From Candidatus Kaiserbacteria bacterium (lineage in GTDB: Bacteria; Patescibacteriota; Minisyncoccia; Phycocordibacterales; UBA2100), in assembly GCA_017134395.1 (NCBI GenBank), contig CP070993.1, forward strand, positions 462,199-526,198: 64,000 nt of DNA, read 5' to 3'. A model generated the notes under the pieces. That model searched no databases. It saw nothing but the letters and a program-made list of their open reading frames with translations, and was not told the DNA's origin. Position numbers and translations under genes: made by a program. This document shows positions 9,752-19,501 of this stretch, piece after piece; positions within the stretch are counted from its first letter, which is position 1; each line of letters opens with the position of its first letter.

Positions 9752-10213
9752 ATGCCACAAAACATCGTTTGGAAAGCATACGAACACTCCCACACAGATA
9801 AAGGATCTGACTGGTTTTGGGCGCTTGGAATCGTTGCCTTTTCGAGTGCCTTAGTTGCGGCTCTTTTTCAAAACTTCCTCTTTGCCCTTTTAATTCTTGT
9901 GGGTGCATTTACGCTTGCCCTTCTTTCGGCTCGCCCTCCTCGAGAACTTGAATTTGCACTCACCCCCCAAGGAGTACGTATAGACAATGCGCTCTATCCA
10001 TACCAAATGCTTATATCGTTTTGGATTAAAGACAGAGAAACTGACCACGCAGAACTCATCATTGACGCACGTAAATTTATGACGCCTCACCTTATTGCCT
10101 CTTTGGAAGATACAGATGTTGAATCAGTACAAGCGTACCTTGAACAGTTTCTTCCAGAAGAAGAGCTTGAAGAACCCTTTGTGCAACGCATCTTAGAGAG
10201 ATTTGGTTTCTAA
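9752..10213 (+). CDS. Conserved 2-TM hypothetical protein (DUF5673-like)
   Basis: WKAYEH...DWFW, two TMs, soluble C-terminal domain. Confidence 0.7.
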   Translation: MPQNIVWKAYEHSHTDKGSDWFWALGIVAFSSALVAALFQNFLFALLILVGAFTLALLSARPPRELEFALTPQGVRIDNALYPYQMLISFWIKDRETDHAELIIDARKFMTPHLIASLEDTDVESVQAYLEQFLPEEELEEPFVQRILERFGF

Positions 10214-10376
10214 TAACTGGTAATACACCAGTAATTTTGTATAGTAGTGCCTACTTATACCTATTGTGTATAAGGGTCGCACCACAAGAGTACTTCCATT
10301 ATTTCTAAGAGCATAGCTCTAAGAAAAATTGGTCGCACCACCAAGGCACTTCTTGTTTTGTAAACAAAACAAAGTC

Positions 10377-10448
10377 GCTCCCGTAGTTCAATGGATAGAA
10401 TACAGGTTTGCGGAACCTGAGATCTAGGTTCGACTCCTAGCGGGAGCA
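10377..10448 (+). tRNA. tRNA-Arg(GCG), CCA not encoded
   Basis: GCTCCCG/CGGGAGC acceptor stem; caggt-TTGCGGA-acctg; GGTTCGACTCC. Confidence 0.95.
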
Positions 10449-10450
10449 CT

Positions 10451-10662
10451 AGAAAACCAAGACCGTAACGCGATTAAGCGTTACGGTTTTTGGGTTTCTT
10501 GATTCAGCTAGGAGTCGAAAGACGGAGGCGGTATACAAGACGAGTGAAACGAGTGCTTGTCGCCGAGTCAAGGCAGGAGCCACTTAGGAGCGGAGCGAGT
10601 TAGTGAGCTGCGCCGACTCCTACGTAAAAGTGTGAAAATTATACTTAGTGATTCGTGACCAC
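10451..10662 (+). repeat. tRNA-trailer structured element, copy 2
   Basis: Hairpin ~10452-10499; inverted T-arm copy gctaggagtcgaa 10507-10519; direct copy cgactccta 10614-10622; TACTTAGTGA 10642-10651. Confidence 0.7.
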
Positions 10663-10673
10663 AAAGGTAATTA

Positions 10674-10699
10674 AAAAACCGCCCAATTGGGCGGTTTTT
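10674..10699 (-). terminator. rpsT terminator (loop-less palindrome)
   Basis: aaaaaccgcccaattgggcggttttt. Confidence 0.75.
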
Positions 10700-10961
10700 A
10701 TGCTACGTTTGCAACATCACGAGCAATCTTAGCTTTCTTTCGTGATGCGTTGTTTTTCTTTATAATTCCGCGTTTTGCTGCCTTATCAATTGCTTTGTAT
10801 GCCTTTGGAAGAAGCTCCTCGGCGGTCTTTTTTTCTTTTTTACCAACAAGAGTAGCAATTTCTTTCATTGCCTCTTTCATAGCGCGAAGACGACGTACGT
10901 TGAAAACACGACGGGCTTCCGCTTGTATAACTGACTTCTTTCCTGATTTCGATGTTGCCAT
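10698..10961 (-). CDS. rpsT: 30S ribosomal protein S20
   Basis: AIDKAAKRGIIKKNNASRKK. Confidence 0.97.
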   Translation of the reverse strand: MATSKSGKKSVIQAEARRVFNVRRLRAMKEAMKEIATLVGKKEKKTAEELLPKAYKAIDKAAKRGIIKKNNASRKKAKIARDVANVA

Positions 10962-11020
10962 GAATGGGCAATATACTGTATTTATCTACGAAACGCAATG
11001 CTCGTGGTATGATTTGTTCA

Positions 11021-11584
11021 ATGATTATACAGTTACGCGGCACAGTAGTGGGAAAAGACCCTGAATACATAATTCTCGACGTAAGTGGCGTTGGCTATAA
11101 AGTATTTGTTACTCCAGAAACATTAGCTCATACTCCAGAGGATAAAGAAGCAGCAGTATGGACACATCTAGCTGTTCGAGAGACATCACTTGATATTTAT
11201 GGATTCCTTAAACGAGAAGACATGCTTTTCTTTGAACTCCTCATCGGAATTTCAGGTGTTGGTCCAAAGTCTGCCCTATCCATACTTAGTCTTGCTGATG
11301 TCACGACTCTCACCAGTGCGATTTCCCAAGGAGATACTTCATACCTCACAAAGGTTTCTGGCATTGGTGCCAAGAGTGCTCAAAAAATAGTACTTGAGTT
11401 AAGTGATAAGGTAGGAGCACTAAGCGAAAACCCGTCACTGAAAGAAGATGCAGACGCAATTGACGCTCTCACCGCAATGGGGTACTCGGTGTCAGAAGCG
11501 CGAACCGCGCTTAAAGCTGTTCCAAAAGATGTCGAAGGTGCTAACGCACGCTTAAAGCAGGCATTAAAAGCGCTCGCTCAGTAA
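11021..11584 (+). CDS. ruvA: Holliday junction protein RuvA
   Basis: MIIQLRG, GVGYKV, SGVGPKSAL, GIGAKSAQKI. Confidence 0.97.
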   Translation: MIIQLRGTVVGKDPEYIILDVSGVGYKVFVTPETLAHTPEDKEAAVWTHLAVRETSLDIYGFLKREDMLFFELLIGISGVGPKSALSILSLADVTTLTSAISQGDTSYLTKVSGIGAKSAQKIVLELSDKVGALSENPSLKEDADAIDALTAMGYSVSEARTALKAVPKDVEGANARLKQALKALAQ

Positions 11585-11594
11585 TATTTACTAT

Positions 11595-12872
11595 ATGCAT
11601 ACACTCAAAAGACTCATACCAAAACCGCTGTACCAAATGATAGCGCCTCTCTACCACCACGCTCTTGCGTGGGTTGGTGCACAATTATACGGACATCCTT
11701 CAAAGAAAATAAACGTTGTTGCTATTACTGGCACAAAAGGAAAATCGAGTGTCAGTGAATTGGTACATAGTATATTAGAGCACGCTGGCTACAAGACGGC
11801 ACTTGTAAGTACTATCCATTTTAAAATGGGATCACATAGTGAGCCCAATAAACTCAAGATGACAATGCCTGGCCGCTTCTTTCTGCAAAAGTTTCTTAAA
11901 AAAGCAGTTGACGCCAACTGTGATTGGGCTGTCATTGAAATGACATCTGAAGGTGCTAGCCAGTTTCGTCATATCAACATTGAGACTGATGCGCTCATTT
12001 TCACAAATATCACTCCTGAACACATCGAATCCCACGGTTCGTTTGAAAACTATCTTGCTGCAAAACTTTCTATTGGAAAAGCCCTAGAGAAATCGAAAAA
12101 ACCCTCCCGGATTATTGTGGCAAATGCCGATGATGAACATGGGGCTGATTTCTTAGCACTTCATGTGGACAGAGCGCTACCTTTTACACTTGAGTATGCA
12201 AAACCATGGTCTACAACCGAAAGCGGCACACAAATAACATTTGAAGGTACCACCATACACTCTCCTATTCCGGGTGAATTCACTGCATACAACATGCTTG
12301 CTGCTGCCACATTCGCACGCGCCATAGGAGTGGGCATCAAGCACATTAAGGCGGGACTTGAAGCAACACAGCTTATTCCAGGACGAGTAGAGCCTATTGC
12401 AATTGGTCAAGATTTTAAAGTTATTGTAGATTACGCGCACACCATCGAATCTCTTGAGAAACTCTACCAGGCATTCCCAAACAAAAAGAAAATATGCGTC
12501 CTTGGAAACACCGGTGGTGGCCGGGATACATGGAAACGTCCCAAAATGGCAGCACTTGCAGAAAAATACTGCGAACGAGTTATCCTTACTGATGAAGATC
12601 CGTATGATGAAGACCCTGAGTCTATCGTGCAAGAAATGGCAGCTGGAATGAACACGAGGCCTGAAATTATAATGGATCGTCGGCGCGCAATTCGAGCAGC
12701 AATAGAATTAGCAAAAGGTAATGCCGAGAGTGCAGTGCTTATAACCGGAAAAGGAACTGATCCATATATTATGCGCGCTAACGGTGACAAAGAGCCTTGG
12801 AGCGACGCTACTGTGGCACGTGAAGAGTTACAGGCAGCACTTGGTGATACTAAAAGTGCTGCTACTATATAA
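11595..12872 (+). CDS. murE: MurE-type Mur ligase
   Basis: ITGTKGKSS, EMTSEG, TNITPEHIE, VDYAHT, ITGKG. Confidence 0.88.
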   Translation: MHTLKRLIPKPLYQMIAPLYHHALAWVGAQLYGHPSKKINVVAITGTKGKSSVSELVHSILEHAGYKTALVSTIHFKMGSHSEPNKLKMTMPGRFFLQKFLKKAVDANCDWAVIEMTSEGASQFRHINIETDALIFTNITPEHIESHGSFENYLAAKLSIGKALEKSKKPSRIIVANADDEHGADFLALHVDRALPFTLEYAKPWSTTESGTQITFEGTTIHSPIPGEFTAYNMLAAATFARAIGVGIKHIKAGLEATQLIPGRVEPIAIGQDFKVIVDYAHTIESLEKLYQAFPNKKKICVLGNTGGGRDTWKRPKMAALAEKYCERVILTDEDPYDEDPESIVQEMAAGMNTRPEIIMDRRRAIRAAIELAKGNAESAVLITGKGTDPYIMRANGDKEPWSDATVAREELQAALGDTKSAATI

Positions 12873-12874
12873 GT

Positions 12875-13786
12875 ATGTTAAAGAAAATTTTTGTTATTGG
12901 CGGAGCTATTTTGATTTTACTTTTTGTCTGGTTCACGTTTCAATCAGTCAAGAATGCACTCACAACAAATACCAAAAGTGAAAGCAGCTTCTTTGGAGCT
13001 GACTTTTTCTTTCCTTTTCCAAGTGACATTATGCAAAGTATCTCCTTCCAAGATACTAATCGAGTAGCACAAGTAAGTCTTGAAGAACTTGGTGAATTCT
13101 CTCCGGCACAAGGACTTGTAGAAATAGAAGAAAATACTGCGCATATAAGTGTTTCGGACGTGAATGATGAATACATCATTATTCGTGCGCTTGAAACAAA
13201 CGTGCAGCCAGTAAACATCAGTAATTGGTCGCTTCAAAGCATGGTAAGCGACGAATGGATAGGGCTACCACAGGGAGCCCCTCTGTACATTCTTGGAGAA
13301 GTAAATGAGGTACAGGATATCTATCTAGCACCAGGCGAACGAGCAATTATATCAACAAGTCAATCGCCTGTCGGTGTTTCGTTTCGCGTTAATCGCTGCT
13401 CTGGATTTCTAAATGACACTCAAGATTTTGACCCCCCTATTCGTACCGCGTGTATTAACCCACAAGAAATTCTGTTACCTACTGCACAGAACATAAAAGA
13501 CTACGGTGCTTCATGTGTCTCATTTGTTGAACGAATAGGAAGCTGTACGTATGTCACCAGTGATCTCAAAGAAATTTTGGATGTCTCACAGGCATGTAAA
13601 GACTTTATCAAACCGCTTCTTACCTATAACTACTGCATCAACACGCACGCTGGTGATGCTGATTTTTACGAAAAAAACGAATGGCGAATATTTTTAAATG
13701 AGGACAAAGCACTGTGGCGAGAGAATTACGAAATAGTGCGTTTGCTCGATGAAAAACATCGAACTGTTGATGTTATTACGTATTAG
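12875..13786 (+). CDS. Membrane-anchored Cys-rich protein, lamin-tail-like domain
   Basis: N-terminal TM; EYIIIRA...VNISNWSL; several Cys; RLLD C-terminus. Confidence 0.65.
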   Translation: MLKKIFVIGGAILILLFVWFTFQSVKNALTTNTKSESSFFGADFFFPFPSDIMQSISFQDTNRVAQVSLEELGEFSPAQGLVEIEENTAHISVSDVNDEYIIIRALETNVQPVNISNWSLQSMVSDEWIGLPQGAPLYILGEVNEVQDIYLAPGERAIISTSQSPVGVSFRVNRCSGFLNDTQDFDPPIRTACINPQEILLPTAQNIKDYGASCVSFVERIGSCTYVTSDLKEILDVSQACKDFIKPLLTYNYCINTHAGDADFYEKNEWRIFLNEDKALWRENYEIVRLLDEKHRTVDVITY

Positions 13787-14246
13787 TACTAAGTGAAAAC
13801 AAAACAATACCTGCAGTCACACTTACGTTCAGTGACTCCTTCTTTCCATGCATTGGTATCTCAACTATGTAATCGCTCTTATCGCGCAACTGCTTCGACA
13901 CCCCTCGTACTTCGTTACCAAGTATCAGTGCCATCTTGGGCAATGTCTTGAAGTCGTTTAAAACAATAGATCGCTCATCTTGCTCTATCGATATAATACT
14001 AAAGCCTTCTTTCTTCAAATCTTTTAATACGTTGTTAATGTCTCCCGATTCCCATCGTACATACTCTTGTCCACCAAGAGCGGTCTTGGCGATATCTTTT
14101 TGGGGACGACCAAAACGATCAATTGGCTTAGGTGTGTATCCGGTAAGATACATTTTAGTGACGCCTGCTGCATCAGCTGTTCGAAAGATAGAACCCACAT
14201 TGTGAGTACTCCGTATGTTGTGCAATATTACAATAACCTCATTCAT
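13776..14246 (-). CDS. SpoU/TrmH-family RNA methyltransferase
   Basis: HNVGSIFRTAD, GNEVRG, IPMHG..ESLNVS. Confidence 0.93.
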   Translation of the reverse strand: MNEVIVILHNIRSTHNVGSIFRTADAAGVTKMYLTGYTPKPIDRFGRPQKDIAKTALGGQEYVRWESGDINNVLKDLKKEGFSIISIEQDERSIVLNDFKTLPKMALILGNEVRGVSKQLRDKSDYIVEIPMHGKKESLNVSVTAGIVLFSLSTNT

Positions 14247-14307
14247 GCTGCATACTATACAATAAGACTGTAAAAATAGTGTATGTATGCTATATTTTGC
14301 ACCATTC

Positions 14308-14380
14308 CCGCCCGTAGCTCAGTTGGTAGAGCAGCGGCCTTTTAAGCCGAATGTCGTAGGTTCGAGTCCTACCGGGCGGA
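14308..14380 (+). tRNA. tRNA-Lys(TTT), CCA not encoded
   Basis: CCGCCCG/CGGGCGG acceptor stem; cggc-CTTTTAA-gccg; GGTTCGAGTCC. Confidence 0.96.
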
Positions 14381-14387
14381 CAAACGT

Positions 14388-14665
14388 AAAAATATAAGCA
14401 CTTCCCGTGAATAGGAAGTGCTTATATTTTTAGCAAGCAAACTGCTTTGCTTGCGGCGTTTGTCCGAGACGGAACCATGTTTTGCGATTTTCCCTGAGCG
14501 AAACGGGTGAGTCCGGGCAGGAGGTTCTTAATGAACGTAGTGAATTTAGAAACCTGACGCGACATATAAAGCACTTAGTAAAATTGGAGAGTACGAATAA
14601 TTTTACTTAGTGACTTGTGACGACATAATGAATTGAATGAAATTTACATAGTGATGGGTGGCGAC
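14388..14665 (+). repeat. tRNA-trailer structured element, copy 3
   Basis: Hairpin 14388-14431; cgtttgtccg 14457-14466 antisense to the tRNA 3' end; TACTTAGTGA 14604-14613 and TACATAGTGA 14645-14654. Confidence 0.65.
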
Positions 14666-14821
14666 AAATATAAAACCCACCTAATAAATGTGTGGTGACA
14701 AACAATCTAATTTGTTACTCTAAAAACAGAGACCTCTTGGCCAATCGTACTATGGGAGGAAGGTTGGCTAAGAAGCGGCTCGGAAAGGATCGCTTGGCCA
14801 GTGATCCTTTTCTTTGCCTCT

Positions 14822-16852
14822 TTAGTCTTCGGGCTTAAACTCTACCGTCACATCTTTGGTAGCTTGCGTACCGAACTCTGACTCACATTCGAGTGTGTAA
14901 ATGGCAGCACGTATTTGTCTGTCTGGAACACTTTCTTTATCAAAACTAAACGGTTCGGTTATCACCACGCCTTGTGGGTTTGTGTATCCAAACCCTCGCG
15001 GACCAGTAACCTTACAACTCTTCATAAACAAACTAGACCACGCAACTCGCACCCTATCGCCACGCTCAGCTTCCTCAGGTTCTACCACAATATCGTATTG
15101 TGGTTCTCCCACAGTTACCGCACACGTATTCCTTCCTATCTCTATACCGTCTTCATCGAGACACTGTACTGCGTATTCTTCATTATGGTCCGGGGTAACC
15201 GTCACTTCGCCAGAAACCTTTCCTTCTGTATCGATACCAATACCTTGGCTGCTTGTGGCTGCTGTCGTACATGCCCATTTAAGAGTACTCGGGCGATCCT
15301 TGCGAATTGTATTCGGTACACATGAGAGCTGTGGTGGCGAAGAACCTGTTGGACCAAGTGCGTCACTGCCTTCAACAACAACCGTCACTTCGCACATCTT
15401 TATGTTGTCATCTCCACTTCCTGTTGCGGTCAATTCATACGTTGTGGTTTCAGCAGGTCGTATTGTCGTCTCGCTACTCTTAGGCAAATCAGCTCCTATG
15501 CCACTAATACTGACTGTTTCTGAACTTGCAGTACGCCATCGAATAACGACCGTTTCGCCAGACAGAATCTCCTTCTTACTTGCATCTAACAAACACTGTG
15601 GCACGGCAGTCCCCTCTTTTTTACATACTGTCCGCCCATCCACAACAGCTTTAACGTATCCGGCTGAACATCCTTGCGCACTACTACCAGATCTATTGCT
15701 ACTACTCCTGTTCGAACTGTTCCAACGAGTAAACGCGCCTCCAATACCTTGCCCTATCGCAATTCCGACTGATGTCCACGCCTGTGAAGTTCGTGAGGTC
15801 ACACCTCGTATCTCACACTCCATACGCTGAGTAAATGTTCCACTACAGCGAGATCCACTAGTGCCCGGGGCTCCTGAAATTCCTGAGACGCCGGTGCGTA
15901 ATTTTGGATCTTTAGGAACACAGGTATATCCTTTTGTAGTGTCACTGAAATCGTTTGGATAACATACCACTGGACCTTTGTGCGCACATACAAGAGCTTC
16001 GGCCGCAGTAGCGTTTGAATGTGCGGTGCTAAGATTGCGTAATTTGACTATTGCATCAAGCTCTGGTTCACACACCTCTGGTACAGCAAACACTGTTTTT
16101 CCATCTTGCGTCTCTGAATCTGGGTCCAGCACAGTATTCTCGATAGGACAACTACCGCTTTCACAAGTCCTTAAAAACAATTTTGGTAAATCTGCAATAC
16201 AGAGTGCTTGCTTCATCGGGCTCTCAACAAATCGAACGGTATTTTCTGTAGTCCCTTGTTTTACTTCCGCAATATCAGCATTCCCGGGAATAGTTTCCCC
16301 TGTCTCACGTTCAATACATTGCTGTAGTTTCAAAACAGCCCTAACTGGGGCATTGGGAACATTTGATGCGTAACAATCAGTAACACGAAAACCATCTATT
16401 GATGGTGTAACAAATGAGGTAGAACATCTGTTCTTACAATTCCCCGTCCCATCAGCATCACAAGTTTGTAGCGCCTGTGTTAACAAATCAGTTGCAACAG
16501 AAACTCGTGATGTTGTGGGCGTATTCTCATTTTCTACCTCAACCTCTCGTGTGTTTGTACCTGTTCCGAACGGAATATTTTGACCACCACGACGAGCATC
16601 TGGATTCGTCCATTGTGTTGTTTCTGTTTGCGTTTGGGCTTGCTGTGGCGCACCCACGGTTCCGGTGTCAGGATTTATCCATTCCGATGCATCATTTGCC
16701 GCAGCGGTATTTCCCCCACTAACGGGAGTCTGTAAAAAGGTGCCTGAAACACCTAAACCAACTATTAAAAGTGCGGCAAACGCGAGTCGTGTAATATCTT
16801 TTTTTGTTTCAGTACCCATAAATAGCTTGTTACATGGTATCCGCAAAGACAC
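14822..16852 (-). CDS. Large secreted Cys-rich protein with C-terminal Ig-like repeats
   Basis: N-terminal TM, many paired Cys, three beta-rich repeats (W...T.Y.L.C type); start may be MGTETKK. Confidence 0.75.
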   Translation of the reverse strand: MSLRIPCNKLFMGTETKKDITRLAFAALLIVGLGVSGTFLQTPVSGGNTAAANDASEWINPDTGTVGAPQQAQTQTETTQWTNPDARRGGQNIPFGTGTNTREVEVENENTPTTSRVSVATDLLTQALQTCDADGTGNCKNRCSTSFVTPSIDGFRVTDCYASNVPNAPVRAVLKLQQCIERETGETIPGNADIAEVKQGTTENTVRFVESPMKQALCIADLPKLFLRTCESGSCPIENTVLDPDSETQDGKTVFAVPEVCEPELDAIVKLRNLSTAHSNATAAEALVCAHKGPVVCYPNDFSDTTKGYTCVPKDPKLRTGVSGISGAPGTSGSRCSGTFTQRMECEIRGVTSRTSQAWTSVGIAIGQGIGGAFTRWNSSNRSSSNRSGSSAQGCSAGYVKAVVDGRTVCKKEGTAVPQCLLDASKKEILSGETVVIRWRTASSETVSISGIGADLPKSSETTIRPAETTTYELTATGSGDDNIKMCEVTVVVEGSDALGPTGSSPPQLSCVPNTIRKDRPSTLKWACTTAATSSQGIGIDTEGKVSGEVTVTPDHNEEYAVQCLDEDGIEIGRNTCAVTVGEPQYDIVVEPEEAERGDRVRVAWSSLFMKSCKVTGPRGFGYTNPQGVVITEPFSFDKESVPDRQIRAAIYTLECESEFGTQATKDVTVEFKPED

Positions 16853-18414
16853 TAGATTGAAAATAGGTTATGCACACGAGTAAAGTCATTTCCATCAGTC
16901 ATCCGCAACAATGAACGTGGAGTGCTTCCAATAAGTAATGGAGATATAGTATGCACGACTCCGTAATATGAACCGTACAAAACACTCTGTTCAGCAAAAC
17001 GGACAGTCTTTCCAGGTGTAGAAGAAACTCTTTCTGGAGCAATCGTTTCTCGTCCTCCTACAACAAACTGTCCGTAATCACTATTATCAGCCTGCACGCT
17101 CGGTGCTTGTTGCACACTCGTTGTGCCATCGTTTGGTATATGTGTTGCATAAAATCCATCAAATGAGTTGTCGCTGGCGATAGTTTTTTGAATTTCGCTC
17201 TCCGCTCCAGATTGTGTTGTGTTATCAGCAGTATTTGAATCACTTCCGTTGGTCAATTTTGTTATATTGTGCACGAGATTTGAAACAACTGAATTATTTC
17301 CTCCTGCTGTAGTGTTTGCTTGCGTTTCCTCTTGTTGAGGCTCACATGTTTTGAAAAAATTGGTGCCCAAAAAACCAGAACCTTCACAGACAACTTCATT
17401 GTTTTCTGACGGTTGATTTGCAGGTGTATCGAAAGTTAAAACACTTTGAGAATCATCTTCGGTTTGTTTTTTAGGGTTAGTAAGAAAATCTAAAAGTGAC
17501 CCACCGCCAGTAGGCTTAGTATCGTCTGCCTGTTCGGAGTCAATGTATACCAACCCATCAGAGAATACTTGACTGGTCGCATCAGGAGTATTGAACGTGG
17601 ATCCACCGCCAATTGGCTGGAAAAGATTTGGAAATGATATACTCGGTATATTTGAGATAGGTTGATACAGCTCTTCAAAATAGTTTTTTGGTGTGTATTC
17701 ACTTGTTCGCGGTGTCAGTATTATTTCTTTGAATTCGTCCGAATACTCTGCTGGTGGTGTGTATTCTTCTACCGGTCCATACTCTTTTTCTTCTGTGTAA
17801 TCTCCACTAATACTGCCAGTTACGCACTCTCCATCACCAAAGCTATACAGTATCTCCCGGGCTTCTGGGTCGCGCACGTTTCCTGAAATGTTGGTTCTCT
17901 TATATCCTGTAGACCATATAGATGTCCGTCCTGTGCGAACATCTACATGTATAGATTTACTCTTGTAATAACCAATTCCCCCTTCGCAATTATTTACTTT
18001 TCGTAAACCACATATTGCAAAAGTGATGAATTCTTTTTCTTTTCCTTCAGTGACCTTCAGGTCAATTGCATTATTGTGACGATGCTGACTATTACTTACT
18101 CCGGTGTTGTAAGTACATTCAGGATTGTTTTGATTTATATCCCCTTCATTGTAGCGACAACCACTCGTAAAAGTACACTGATTTCTTCCGCCAATTGCCT
18201 CACATGCGTTTAGAACAACATCTGACACTTTAGTGTTAGCTCCACGTATATTCTCCCCGTATTCTTTCCAGTTAGCGTCAATAATTTCACACCCTTGCTG
18301 TCCAAACCGCAAATCAGGGACTGCAACAATTGCTTGTGCACTCTGTACAAAACTAAAAAACACTACAACAACCAAAATTAAGAATGTAGAGAAAGCACGA
18401 AAGGACCAAATCAT
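16852..18414 (-). CDS. Secreted peptidase M15 (YcbK/DUF882-like) with long low-complexity tail
   Basis: Signal peptide; SQHRHNNAIDL ... GGIGYY ... IHVDVR (His/Asp/His Zn ligands). Confidence 0.8.
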   Translation of the reverse strand: MIWSFRAFSTFLILVVVVFFSFVQSAQAIVAVPDLRFGQQGCEIIDANWKEYGENIRGANTKVSDVVLNACEAIGGRNQCTFTSGCRYNEGDINQNNPECTYNTGVSNSQHRHNNAIDLKVTEGKEKEFITFAICGLRKVNNCEGGIGYYKSKSIHVDVRTGRTSIWSTGYKRTNISGNVRDPEAREILYSFGDGECVTGSISGDYTEEKEYGPVEEYTPPAEYSDEFKEIILTPRTSEYTPKNYFEELYQPISNIPSISFPNLFQPIGGGSTFNTPDATSQVFSDGLVYIDSEQADDTKPTGGGSLLDFLTNPKKQTEDDSQSVLTFDTPANQPSENNEVVCEGSGFLGTNFFKTCEPQQEETQANTTAGGNNSVVSNLVHNITKLTNGSDSNTADNTTQSGAESEIQKTIASDNSFDGFYATHIPNDGTTSVQQAPSVQADNSDYGQFVVGGRETIAPERVSSTPGKTVRFAEQSVLYGSYYGVVHTISPLLIGSTPRSLLRMTDGNDFTRVHNLFSI

Positions 18415-18473
18415 AGCTTGATAGTACCGTGTGTGAGGTTAAAAATCTATTTTCCTGTGTGACTAAAGCAGTT

Positions 18474-19490
18474 TTACAAACCGAGGGTATCTGCAATGAG
18501 CATAAGTATGCGCCTCCACCATGCGAGCCGTTCTTCTTCTGTTCCTAAGCTATCGTAATAGCCTTCAGCGAGCAAATCGGCATCTGTTCCAGACTGAGAG
18601 ACATTTGAGCTTCGGTAGTCTCCAATATCACCAGTACCTGCATTTTGCTCGTTAAGTAGTGCTTCGCGTCGACGTGCTTCTTCTGCTGCTCGTTCCAGCT
18701 CAGCTAATGAAAGGCCAGATGTGTACGCTGGGTCATCTAAATTATCAAGAAGCTCTTGTCCAAATTCTGTATTTCCCCCGCTGGAGTTACTTGAACCACC
18801 ATCTAAAGATTGGTATGAGGTGGTTACAGAATCACCTGTTTGTGTATTTCTTGTGTTGTTCGTTGCTGGCGAGGCGCCACCTGTTGTATTTGTTGTTGGA
18901 TTTTCTCTGTCAAGGATTGTAAAGATTGAATCTGTGTTGCTAGAGTCATCCGAATTATCGTCACCAAAATCTAAATTAAATCCGTTGTCATTATTGTTAG
19001 CTCCGTAGTCATCAGTGACGTCTAAAAATGTGCTTACATCGTCAATGTAATCGTATTGTGTGCCACCTGAACCCGAGTATGAGTCAGTTCCTATCCCCCC
19101 ACTGATGAGATTGTTAATAAACCCCACCGCTGTTTGTACGACAATTCCCTGTGCTACGCCTTCGATGAAACCTCCTCCTAAGCTTCCGCCGAAGATACCG
19201 GTAGGAGCTGGTGTATATGTAGACACTTGGCAACAACCAGCAGTACACACTCCGTTGACAGCACCTCCCGTTATCCCTGTTGCCCAGCAAATAAATAGAC
19301 CATCTCTACCCTTAGGTGGCGGTCCTGCAGGTTGGCAGACTTCATGATTTATATATACACCAAAAGATGATTGTGGACATGCCGATTGTGCATTAGTAAA
19401 TGAAACTCCTACAAAGAAGTAACCAAAAACGAGCAACGCAATAAATGACAATGTTAAGTTCATTTTGTGTGTACGTAGTAAAGATTCCAT
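18474..19490 (-). CDS. Secreted hypothetical protein with Cys-rich N-terminal domain
   Basis: Signal peptide (TNA|Q), 6 Cys, Gly-rich helix, disordered linker. Confidence 0.7.
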   Translation of the reverse strand: MESLLRTHKMNLTLSFIALLVFGYFFVGVSFTNAQSACPQSSFGVYINHEVCQPAGPPPKGRDGLFICWATGITGGAVNGVCTAGCCQVSTYTPAPTGIFGGSLGGGFIEGVAQGIVVQTAVGFINNLISGGIGTDSYSGSGGTQYDYIDDVSTFLDVTDDYGANNNDNGFNLDFGDDNSDDSSNTDSIFTILDRENPTTNTTGGASPATNNTRNTQTGDSVTTSYQSLDGGSSNSSGGNTEFGQELLDNLDDPAYTSGLSLAELERAAEEARRREALLNEQNAGTGDIGDYRSSNVSQSGTDADLLAEGYYDSLGTEEERLAWWRRILMLIADTLGL

Positions 19491-19501
19491 ATACCTGTAT
19501 A

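Noticed and set aside
14901-15830. Long antisense ORFs (also 46436..47005, 61403..62101, 7618..8103 and others)
   Set aside because: Shadow frames opposite well-supported genes, with no recognisable motifs.
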